From assembly GCA_028023455.1 (NCBI GenBank), contig JAQFVV010000011.1, positions 4,588,001-4,652,000 of the forward strand: a DNA stretch of 64,000 nt. The letters run 5' to 3'. Below the pieces are notes generated by a model. The model saw nothing but the letters and a program-made list of their open reading frames with translations. It was not told the DNA's origin and searched no databases. This document shows, piece after piece, positions 50,987 to 62,083 of this stretch (within the stretch, counting starts at the first letter, position 1; each line of letters begins with the position of its first letter). A program made the translations under genes and the position numbers. The stretch is from Epiperipatus broadwayi (lineage: Eukaryota; Animalia; Onychophora).

Positions 50987-51317
50987 CAGTAGTTAACTCT
51001 TCATACAGTAGTACAACCCAGTGCAAACCATAGATGCTAAAAGGTTTGTGCATAAAATTCGTATCTACTGTTTACTCACCCAATATCCTGATTTGTTTCT
51101 AGCTTGTGGCTTTTATCAGTGAAAAGCCTTGTATATATGATCTAGGATAGTACTCTCAGATATGACTTCTCACTGATGAAAGCCACAATTTAGGGACTAA
51201 TCTATGGATATTGGATGTGTAGACACTAGATAACTATTTTATGCACAAACCTTCTAGCATCCATTGATTACTAAGTCATGCACTGGGTGACACTACTATA
51301 TGGAGAGTTAGCTACTA
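50987..51317. mobile_element. Fold-back element, TA-flanked; relatives at 58212-58435 and about 1070-1135
   Basis: Long imperfect inverted arms (cagtagttaactct...ttgtggcttttatcagtga / tcactgatgaaagccacaa...agagttagctacta); arm sequence shared with 58245-58430. Confidence 0.7.
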
Positions 51318-51865
51318 TACTATATACTGAGACAAAAATACATATTTAAGTTTTTCATAAATGTATCCTGTGATAAAACATTGTCTATTGTAAAGAGAAG
51401 GTTAAATAAAGAATAACAGCTTACAAACAATAAGAACTTTTTATCTTAATAATATAATGAAACTTTTAACATTCTGCTTAAGAATAATCTACTTTCAATA
51501 CAACACAGAATTCTTAGAAAAATTAAGAGTTGGCTATGGCTTTATCACTGTCCATTCTGAGCAGCAGTAGTTATACAAAAGAATTTGAAGTATGGCCATA
51601 AATAGTTAGTTTCACTATATTGATATATTTGTTATGTGGCTCACATTAAAGAATTCTTATAAATATTCTAGACACCCATCAATGACATATGCCCTTCAAT
51701 TTCACTTGCAATGGAATCAGAACAAGAACAAAAATCATAGTCTGATATTTTTGGAATAATACACCTTTATGGAAAAATTAAAATTACTCTTTATGAACCC
51801 CTCTGCACACCCAGGAAAAATTCTTAATATGTTCATTCAATCATGAAATAACTAGAAGTGGAATT

Positions 51866-52110
51866 AGCATTTATTTTATAACGTCTTGCGTGCGATTATA
51901 ATTACGATAGAATGACAGCCTGTTAAGCTAATTGCGCAGACGCTGTGAGAATGTTATTAATAAATAAACATTTGAGTCATAGGGGTAAGAGGATTCCTTT
52001 TTACTCTTATACAAATACTATATCATGTGGTTGTTCGAAGGTATTCATTTATTAATAACATTCTCACAGCGTCTGCGCAATTAGCTTAACAGGCTGTCAT
52101 TCTATCGTAA
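51866..52110. mobile_element. 245-bp insertion with a 10-bp TSD and a perfect 64-bp inverted repeat
   Basis: aagtggaatt at 51856-65 and 52111-20; arms 51902-51965 and 52047-52110 are exact reverse complements; CpGs intact. Confidence 0.85.
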
Positions 52111-52499
52111 AAGTGGAATTGTATTATCTCTATGGGACAAAGCAACAAAGGTTATTTAGCTAAAAATCAGAAATATGAATAAAATAAAAATCTGGATTTA
52201 TTACAAACTCTTTTGAAGAATGGTTGTTTATCAGCTCTCATTAAGAAAATCTTAAACAGACAGACAAATTTTTAAAATGTGCAATCGATATAAAATCAGA
52301 ATAGCTTTCCAAAATCATATCACACCATGGGGAACAACTCTACTAAAAAATACCTAGGTTCTGCTAAAAGAAATAAATGCTCAAAGGTTTTCCAAGTATC
52401 AAACCTTGCAGTCCATTGGTAAAGTAGAACATTTTCTAAAAAAGAAACTTACTGATGAAGACATCACTAAAGTTCCTCAAGCAGTAAAAAGATTATATT

Positions 52500-54760
52500 C
52501 TAAATAACATGGAAAAACAAAAGAAAGTCCAAAGATAACACTTGTAAGCCTACATGAGCAGTTCAATAGCAAACTATCTATCAACTTCATCTGTTAAAAA
52601 ATATAATCTTAGTCATAAACATCTAACAAGTGCTGAATTTTCTGATCTGTAAAAAAAGATTTAACTTTGTTATCATACCATCTAATATTTCTTATTATAA
52701 ATAATGACAGTGGACCGAGAAAATCACTCAAATCTTGCTCCTAGAAGAAGCAGCAGAATTACATTGGATAATAAAAAAACATTTGAGAGACACCAAAAAA
52801 TTGAAATCAAACATTTCCTATGATGAAAGAAAAGTTATTAAATCTCTCAAACTAGACAAATTTATAATCATTCTCCCTGCTGATAAAGGCAATGCAAGAG
52901 GCAATACAAGAGGTGTAATGGATGCAATTGACTACAATAAGGAAAATATAAGAACTCCACACAAACCAACATAAAAAGGTGGCAAAAACTCTGGTAATGA
53001 ATACAGAAACAAAGTTACAAATATTACTCAAAAAGCATCACAAGTACTTACTGAATTAGAAAAAAAGATTAATTAATATTGTATTTTAGAAAAATTCCTT
53101 ATTTTTATGGTCTACCTAAAATTCACAAGAACCATTTATTAAAGCCTATTGTTAGTTGTGGAAATTCATTTTACAAAATCTTGTCAAAATTTCTTTTCAA
53201 AGTTTTTGTCTTTTGTCGGGGATTGAAATCACTTTGTGGAAGCTATCGTGAAAGAACTGATATATTAATAAGATTTGATATGGAAAGCTAATCCACAAAA
53301 ATACACCGAAGAAGCATTATCTATTGTAAGGAAATGATTAAAATGATATATTAGCTTACAAACTAAAAAACTAAAACAACTCTTCTTAATGATAGTGCAG
53401 TAGAACTAATAATATTATTAACAATATCCGACTTCCAATACTACATAGAATTCTTTCAACAAAATGAAGGATGGCTATGGGCTTATCACTCTCACCCCTG
53501 ATTACCAATATTTACATAAAAGGAGTTGAAACCACAGCCATAAGAATTACTCCATGTTCATCTAATGTTTGGCTTTGCTACATTGATAATGCATTTGTTG
53601 TGTGGGTACATGGTGAAGCACTATTACAAGAATTCTGGTTACATACCACTAATAATAAATTCACAATAGAATCTGAACAAGAAATAAAAGTTGATATGCT
53701 TAGATGTTCTTGTGATAACAAAAGTTTACCAGCATCCCCCCCCCACACAGAAAAATACTTGGCATATACATACAACCACACCAAAAACAGAATATGGAGT
53801 TATACTATCACTATGGAACAGATTAAAAACAGTTTTTCATAAACCAATGACCTGGAAAAAAAGATTACATAAATAAAATTATGAAGAATGGTAATCCATC
53901 AGTCATCATTAAGAACACCTTAAGTTGACAACAAAAAGAAACATCAAATGAAAAAACAAATATTAGTACTTAAGTGTATCCATATATACCAGGAATAGCA
54001 GACACACTAATAAAAATACCACATTATGAGGAATTCTAATATTTACAAAACTTAATCCTGAAAAACAAAAACTGAAGCTATGTAAGACCATGTGAATGTG
54101 GGAAGGTGTATATTGGTGAAACCAGTTATCCCATTGAAAAGTTATTGGAAGAACATGGTGATATTTAAAAAAAGAGAACATATACATATCTAAAGTAGTA
54201 GGTTATGTATGCACCAAAAGTGATTGAAAAAGCACAAAATGATGACAGCAAATAGTTATATTTAAAATAGCAATCCTTGTACCAACAAACATATGTTCAA
54301 TTAGAAAAATACAAAAATATTTCTCTTTCTATTTAAGAAGATGCTCTCATGACAAAGACAAATAACCACATAGGTCAATCCAGTATGATAAAACATAATG
54401 TCTAGAAACCACTAATTAATCTTGCTCTTAAGGAAAAAATGAAGAAATCAGGAGGACTTATATAGATAAGTATATGAAATTTCTACTGACTGTTGCCTTT
54501 GGAAGAATAGTTTAGTTGGTTAGAGCATTATCTTAAAATTCAGTATTCATGAATTTAAAGATCCAGATTCAATTTCTATGCTAGTACTATCACTGGTCAG
54601 ACCTGCAACCACTGAAGAAGAAATTTGATTAATACCATTTGAAACACTATGTAATATATGATTAACATGTGTACTGTTGCAAATAGCTGAATATATTTGA
54701 AAGATTTAAATTTTTCTAAAGACATTTGATATTAGATGATGAAAATAGTCCAAAATATAA
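52500..54760 (+). mobile_element. Penelope-like element PLE1 (RT + GIY-YIG), pseudogenised, with 3' terminal repeat
   Basis: NLSHKHLTSAEF, IIILPADKGN, PYFYGLPKIHK..LKPIVS, MAMGLSLSP..NIY, WLCYIDNAF, CECGKVYIGET..LLEEH; many stops and frameshifts. Confidence 0.9.
54491..54760 (+). repeat. Family H2 unit at the 3' end of PLE1: tRNA-like A/B boxes followed by a hammerhead-like core
   Basis: TAGTTTAGTTGGTTAGAGC (54508-26), AGATTCAATTTC (54565-76), CTGAAGA-A-GAAAT...ATTT-GAAAC (54612-45); collinear with the minus strand of 37005-37310. Confidence 0.65.
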
Positions 54761-56209
54761 TTAATATTAAAATGCTACCTTCACAAACTTTCAGACAAAC
54801 AATCGCCAGACAAATTTCTGACCACCTTTTCAATGGATAGAAATAGCCAGAAAATAGTCAGGATATCTGTTTGATATTACTATCTGTTGATTCAGCTTCT
54901 AAGCTCTTTAAAAAAAGAGATTACTGCTGTCAAACAGCGATTGGCATTATACTAATTTTTTATTTACAAATTTGATTTAAAGCTTTTGTTATAATTTTCA
55001 TAGGCATAAATAAATACAATAACATTTTCAATCTAAACATTTTTATTTTATAAAGCATAAAGCAAATTCCTCTCAAAATGAAAGTGTTTTAAAACAAAGT
55101 TATTTTATTCTTACTTTTTTATATCAGTATACAATTATCCATGATTTTGAAACCACTGTGGGATGAGATTTTTCCAAGTTTAATAATGAAAATTTATGGT
55201 TTTTCACATTTTCTTTTTAATTAAACCATAATATTATCTTTATTTCAACAATCTGTATTCTATATAAATATCTTAAAACATCAGCTGAGAAGTTAATCTG
55301 TACAGAAAATGGAAGCTTTATCCATTCATTATTACTTTGTTTCATTTTTAAAATGGTATCAGACATTTGGTATCATGAATTTCATGTTTGATCTTGTGAT
55401 GCCAAATTTACAACGCATCATAGTCTTTTTAAAGTAGTATGAAATTATCACTTCCTCCTTTTATATATTGTAATTGCTGAAATTTTGTGGATCTGTAGGA
55501 ACAAATTTACATCATACAATTTCTACACAATGGAATGAAAGGAAGTGTTATTATTACCCATGAAAAATCTAAATGTTATGTAATATTTCAAATTTTATTT
55601 TGCATTTTTATGACAGTGGTCTTTGGAACTGTTTATATATAGCTTCATGAAGCAGAGATCACGATGCAATAGAGATTGATAGTAGAATTTTTAATTTCAA
55701 TTGACTAAAGGCAAAAATGGGTACTTTATCTTTTTGACTTGTAATATATGGTACGTTAATGATTGTGCTATTGTTTCAATTCAAAATATGATTTACATAA
55801 TGTACTTAATGTTTTAATGCAGATGTTCTTTATCACCCATTGATGGAAAATCATCAGTAATGTTTAACTTGGATGATTATTAATTTGAGAATTTAAGCCA
55901 ATTTAAAGATTTTGGTAGCTTGAGATACAGCTGAGTCTCTGGTACCCTATTGATGTTTTTAATAACTTGAAAAACAGGGTATTTAATTAAAGAAACCAGT
56001 TACACATAGAGCTGTTACTCTATTTCATTTACTATATTGAAGTGAGATCTGGATCCTTATTGAACTTAATATAAAGGCATAAAAAATTACATTAAAAAAT
56101 TTCATTCAAGTAAGCTCCATAAAAGACCATTTAATATGTTCTATTAATATAAAATCACATTTTTATTGAATCAGATATATAAAATTAATAAGTGAATAGG
56201 ACTTTAAAA

Positions 56210-56820
56210 AATCAAAACTACACCAAATTCACAACTCAACCAGACTAGCCAAGAAAAAATCTAAACACTACCAATGGCTTCACTGCTACAAGAAGACTTC
56301 TCAAGTGTAAAGAACTATAAAATAAAATATATTTAAACAATTTCTCAAGTGTAAAGAACTACAAAATAACAACATATTTAAACTTAACATTACCCGTAAT
56401 TCCACTTACTCCCCATACATTCTTAATATTAAAATAACTTTTAAATAAATTAATTGCTTTCGAATCATAAATTTTTAATAATAAAGATTCTTTAATTCTT
56501 CATTTTATTTCATTTCTCTCAAAGAAGACAACCTTAGTTTTATTAAAATTAATTTGAGAGTAATAAAATAAAAAGAATTAAATAATTTTTATTATTAAAA
56601 ATTTACGATCATGAAGCAGTTAGCTTATTTAAAAGTTCTTTTAATATTAAGGATGGATGGGAGATAAATGGAATTGTGGGTAATGTTTAGTTAAAATATG
56701 TTATTTTGTAGTTCTTTACATTTAAGAAGTCTGCTTGCAGCAGTGAAACCACTAGTAGTGTTTTAGATTTGATTTTATCGGCTAATCTGGTTGAGTTGTG
56801 AGTTTGGTGTAATTTTGATT
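56210..56820. repeat. Large fold-back element (~290-bp imperfect arms)
   Basis: aatcaaaactacaccaaattcacaactcaaccag.. pairs with ..ctggttgagttgtgagtttggtgtaattttgatt and continues inward; the left arm has an extra tandem copy of ttctcaagtgtaaagaact..atatttaaac. Confidence 0.8.
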
Positions 56821-58211
56821 ATTTATTGACTAGTTTAGCTTTATGCTTTTAATATTTAGACTTTAAAAAGTATTTTATAGTAAAATTGGGCACTGTTTTT
56901 ATGGGAGAAAAGGGTCTGTATTTACATCATGAAGATTACCTCGAAGACATTTTGGTTGATTTCATTAGGAAGATATGGCTGAAGATAGAATGCAATGGAA
57001 AGCAACAATTAAACAAAGTGTTGAAACCTTTTGGGGGAAAAAATGCTGAAAGTTAAAAGATAGTGTCATAAAATTTCAAATAAACAAAACAATAAACCAC
57101 AGGTTTTATATTATTACAATACAGAATAAAGAGGTAGCTATTAATGAATATAGACCACAGTAATAAGCAAAGAATTAGCACCAGAAGCCAATATAAGTAA
57201 TAACAAGTGATAAAAACAGCATTACAAATAGTTCAAAAGAGTCATCAGTCAACTTTTGAAACAATTTAAGAAACAATATAAAATTAGGTTAATATAAAAA
57301 CATTAGTATCGCTGCTGCATGCATAAATTATAATAATAAATATATAGAAAAAATTCTGGGATCATTATATCTATGATAATCATTATAAATGCTCAGAGTT
57401 ATCAGATACCCATAAGTGTATTCAATATTCCATGATCTAGCAATCATCATAAATCATATAAAGTGAGTGGACTTTAAGAGCATTTTTATTACTTTAGTGC
57501 CATCTCAGTAATTCTAAAGAGAATTATACAGATGCCCACAAACCACAGATTCAATATACCATTAGTCTGGAGTTAGCGTTGAGACTGCTAACATCAAGGT
57601 TACTGTGATTACGAATAAATACTTGATCACTTTAGTATTAACTTCACTAGAATAAGCTAAAATAATAATCACTAAATTTATTAATTAGAACTAATAATAA
57701 TAATAATAATAAAATAAAAGGTTTGATAAATACTTTATAATACAAATAGATCATTCTGATTTTGGAGGTTTAAAATATTTGAATATATTTCAAAAGATTG
57801 AAAAACCAGACAATAAAACTTATCGAGTATATAAATAAATAGTTTACTTAGAGCATATACTAATTAGATTAACAACTCAATATTGGCTTATTGAGCACAT
57901 GAAATAATACAAGGCACAATATAGATTCTTTGAAAAGATAAGAATGAACCATCATATCCTTTTTACCTATGTTAATTTATATAGGCTAATCTTAAGCACT
58001 TTGGAATAAAAACATGATCTTAAATTGATCACATTTCTTTTAAAGCTATATTTTATGTATTGACATTTGGGCAATTTTTCAATTTACCATTTGTCAATTT
58101 AGATGAAATAATGAAATATGTAAATACAAACCTTTCTTGTGGTTAATACTATACACTAACTATATTATATCACATGATCACCATTTCTTATGCTTGCTCA
58201 TAACTGATGTT

Positions 58212-58435
58212 AAAATGGGCAAAATTCTTTATACAATAGTGCCATTCAGTGCAAGTCAGAGTAATCAATGGATGCCAGAAAGCTTGTGCATAAAATCCCT
58301 ATCTAGTGCCTATTCATACAATATCCCCAGACTAGCACTACATAGGGATTTCATGCCCAAGCCTTCTGGCATTCATTGATTACTCTGGCTTGCACTGAGA
58401 GAGTGGAACTACAGCATGGAGAGTTTTGCCTGTTT
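58212..58435. repeat. Internally deleted fold-back of the 50987 family
   Basis: cagtgcaagtcagagtaatcaatggatgccagaaagcttgtgcataaaatcccta / tagggatttcatgcccaagccttctggcattcattgattactctggcttgcactg. Confidence 0.75.
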
Positions 58436-58699
58436 TTTGTTAACTAGATTAACAACTCAATACTGGTTTACTGAATATATGAAATACCCTCATGGCAATA
58501 ATAATAATTATAATGATTTATTAAATATAATGTTAGCTTGCAAATTTAAATGAATGAATTGGGAGAATGAAGAAGGAATATTTTGGTACTATTGCTATTT
58601 GCAATTTATTATCTTAGATGGACAACAATATATATACACTATGTTTGAAGACAAATGGTTCACCATAAATAATAGTTGGCCTGCGTCTTAGTGGAATAA

Positions 58700-59800
58700 T
58701 TACTAGCATCTTTCTGAACTACTTTGAGAGGTAAATTATACCAAAATATCAAGCTGACTTTCCTAATATTATACATACATGGTACATCGATGATGTATTC
58801 ATTTCAGCCAATAAACACACCACCTTGTGTATCCTGTAAAAAATCCAACAACATTCCAACCAAACCATCAAATCTACTTGGAAAGATGATTTCAAGAGAT
58901 TGGCATATCTGGACTCATGGCTACTTCGAACAGAAAGAACCATAAATTATTCAATGATCATAAAGTCACTTGAAGTAAGAGGTTTTATTCATCCTAATTC
59001 CAATTCTCTGATTCACATAAATTTGCAGGCTTGAATGCATTCTTATACAGAAATATGCATTTGTGAAAATTCAAATCTGACAGGAAAGATAATATTTTTC
59101 TCTATACTAAGTATATATTAAAAGCAGGCTTTAAATACAAAACCATCATTAACAAACATTTTTACAATAGAATTACAAACAATAGTAGAGACCTCAACCT
59201 TCCATATATTACCTTCCCTCACATCCCTAAAATCTCTAACCAGCTAGTCAAATCATTATCTAAAAAATTTCGAATCAGCTTTCGCATACCCCCTTGTACT
59301 AATCGTCTCATTAACAATTCAAAAGACAAAATTGACCCTATTCAAATTTTCCATGTCATTTATAGTATCTCATGCCCTCAATCCAGGTGCTGAGCAATTT
59401 ACTGTGGTGAGACTAAATCCAGTATTATCAATAGAATAGCTCAACATAAATACATTTATAAAAGAGCACAGAAAAATAATGACAATTTTTCAATATTTCT
59501 AGAACACTCCAAGAAAACTGGTCATATATTTGAACCATCCAATCCTAAAATAGTATGCATAGAGAAAAATGACAGCAAATGAAAAATCAAAAAGGTCTAC
59601 TTTATTACTTGTAATAATAATTCCATCAACAGATGCAACATATGCTTCGATATTTCCAAACGCTGGGCTACGTAAATAATTTGCATATAGTTTGCATATC
59701 ATCACTTACTTCCTATTCTGCACCATTTATCACTATGGCTATAAATATGAGGCAACATACCTCGAAAACACTTAGCCATTAACTTTTGTATAGACTTATA
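58700..59800 (+). mobile_element. 5'-truncated Penelope-like element PLE2
   Basis: HTWYIDDVF (RT motif), LPSLTSLK..KKFRISF linker, VIYSISCPQSRC*AIYCGETKSSIINRIAQHK (GIY-YIG), HSKKTGHIF. Confidence 0.85.
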
Positions 59801-60185
59801 AGAATAATTAAAATAGCTTCTCTTTCCAGTGCCTCACACACTTCTAATTTTATTATGAATAATTTAAATAAATATATTATAATGAATAATTTATTATAAT
59901 ATGCTGTTAACTGTAAAATTTTAAAACTATTATGAAGATCAATATAGCCTTAAACTTATATAGATGGCTTTTTTAATTGGTACCATAATATATAAATATA
60001 GATAGTATATAAATATATGTAAATCTGTATTATGATCAAAACAAGAAAAGTTTGTTATTTTACATATTATAAAGACCATGGTTGAATCAAAACAGTTATT
60101 TTACAATATATGTAGATAATATGATTCACAAATATGATAAAAGAATGGAACTTCGTCTATGTAATGGTCATTATTTTAGTATATG

Positions 60186-61040
60186 TATGAAGGGATAATC
60201 CAACAATCCTGAAATTTTGTAATAAAAAATTGTACATTTATTTTTTAAATGTTACAAATTGGAGATCCTTTAAACTACTATCCATTTAATGCAATGTACT
60301 AATCCAGATGCATTTTCCAGTTTTTAGAGCAGTCATGAAACTCTTGTAAAGTGTTGCCACACACTGCCACCATTATCATGATTTCTACTTCTGCAAAATG
60401 TGTTTATTTGAGAATTCTTATCCAGGAAAATAAAAATAAGTTACATAAAAGAGATTGGGTGAATATGGTAAGCAGATAAGCTGTGTCATGCTGTTTTTCA
60501 TTAAAAATTGTTTCACATTGTCATAGTAAAGCCATCTCTCTTCACCTTGCCACAAGTCAGAACACTTTCATTTTATTGCATCATAAAAAACTTATAAAAA
60601 AATCACTTGATCATTATAAATGAATTCTGAGCAAACAATGTAATTTGCTTAGAAAACAGCATTATCTTGACAATAGACATCACTCTACTATGCTTTTTTG
60701 GCACATGTGAATTTGAACTCTTTCATTAATCCACTTGTAAACTTGCGGTCTCCCCAGAGAGGCTTGCATCTAAGTTGTTACAAGCACCACAATTGTTTCC
60801 CTTGATGTTTTCTCTACAGAAAGCAATTTTATGTTGTTCAAACTTTTCAGCCATCATAAAAAATCCATAAATAAGTAAGATACACTTATCAAAAAATTTG
60901 ATTACATGGTACCACAACTTCACTGATAATTCCAGCTAAAAAACTGATTGAGAAGAGCCCTGATATATAGTGACAGAAGCGTGCATTACAATGGGCCCAC
61001 CCACCAAAAATAATTCTGAGTTTTTGGGCACTCCTTTGCA
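60186..61040 (-). mobile_element. mariner-like transposon remnant, internally deleted
   Basis: Minus translation MAEKFEQHKIAFC.. then VYKWI across a frameshift (mariner HTH), decayed C-terminal segment near 60300-60480, TA-TGAAGGG end at ~60186. Confidence 0.55.
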
Positions 61041-61379
61041 TATATATTGAATTAGATATTTTTAGAGCTTTTAAATTTATTGAACAATAAAAATAAACAG
61101 AGATAACCTCTACCTTTTGATGTTGCCAAGAAACCAATTATTAATTTACTTTCCTGTGGCCAAACAAGGTTTCTCTATTAATCTATACATTAGTTTTTTT
61201 GTTTCAAGCTTTTATTAAAATAAAAGAGGTCCTCTTTTATTTCAAACCCAAGTTCCTCTGTGGATTTAAACTCAGAAAGCTATTTATTAAAGATGTGAGG
61301 ATGCAGAAAACTAGCACCTGCCTTGACCTTCTGCAAATAATAATTAATCTTCTACAGAAAGTTATATATGTTGAATTAG

Positions 61380-61930
61380 ATATTTTCATGGATTTTTAAT
61401 TTAATAAATGGTAGAAATAAAAAGATTATCTTCATGTAAACAGAGATAACTCATTCAGTAATTGACAAATACCAAAAAGGACTAAAATAGCTAAAAACTT
61501 TATACTAAATAGTTAAAAAATAAATGACTAAATAAGGACATGAACATTTAAAATCAGACGGAAAGTTACTTTGCTAGTGATGATTACTCATAATTATACC
61601 ACTTAACAAATATGAATCAAGTATATTAATTTCAACATAAATAAAATGTTGGTAAAGATGTTACTGACATCATTGAAAAAATTAAGAGACAGAAATTGAG
61701 TCAGGCCGGACATATTGCTAGATGAGATGGTAATAGATAAGCAGTAAAATCTTAATGGATTTCAAGAGATTGTAAAAGACTTAAAAAGAGATTACATGTG
61801 AGATGAATTGATGAAATAAGTATGTGTGTTGGGATGATGCGGAGAAGAGAGGCTAGAGATCAGAGAAAATTAATTAAACTTGGAAAGACCATTCTGCAGT
61901 GGATCGATAAGGGTTGAACATGATGATATA
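61380..61930 (+). mobile_element. RTE LINE 3' fragment
   Basis: AGHIAR*DGNR motif and terminal ctgcagtggatcgataagggttgaacatgatgat, similar to the tail of the 18330 RTE. Confidence 0.7.
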
Positions 61931-62083
61931 TAAATATATTTCAATCTGCTTTTTTAATAATTCAGCTACTTTGTTGTTGCTGGGTATATTATAAAAGTTG
62001 TGGTGTTTATATATAAATTTGTGAATTTTGAATGATTGATCTAAAAGTATTAGAAAATAGAAGTTTTCAAAAGTTTCAGAATA

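Noticed and set aside
59370-59420. Selenocysteine recoding (Naiad-type PLE) at the in-frame TGA in C-P-Q-S-R-C-*-A-I-Y
   Set aside because: Both cysteines are present, so the TGA does not replace a conserved Cys; the element has other stops and frameshifts.
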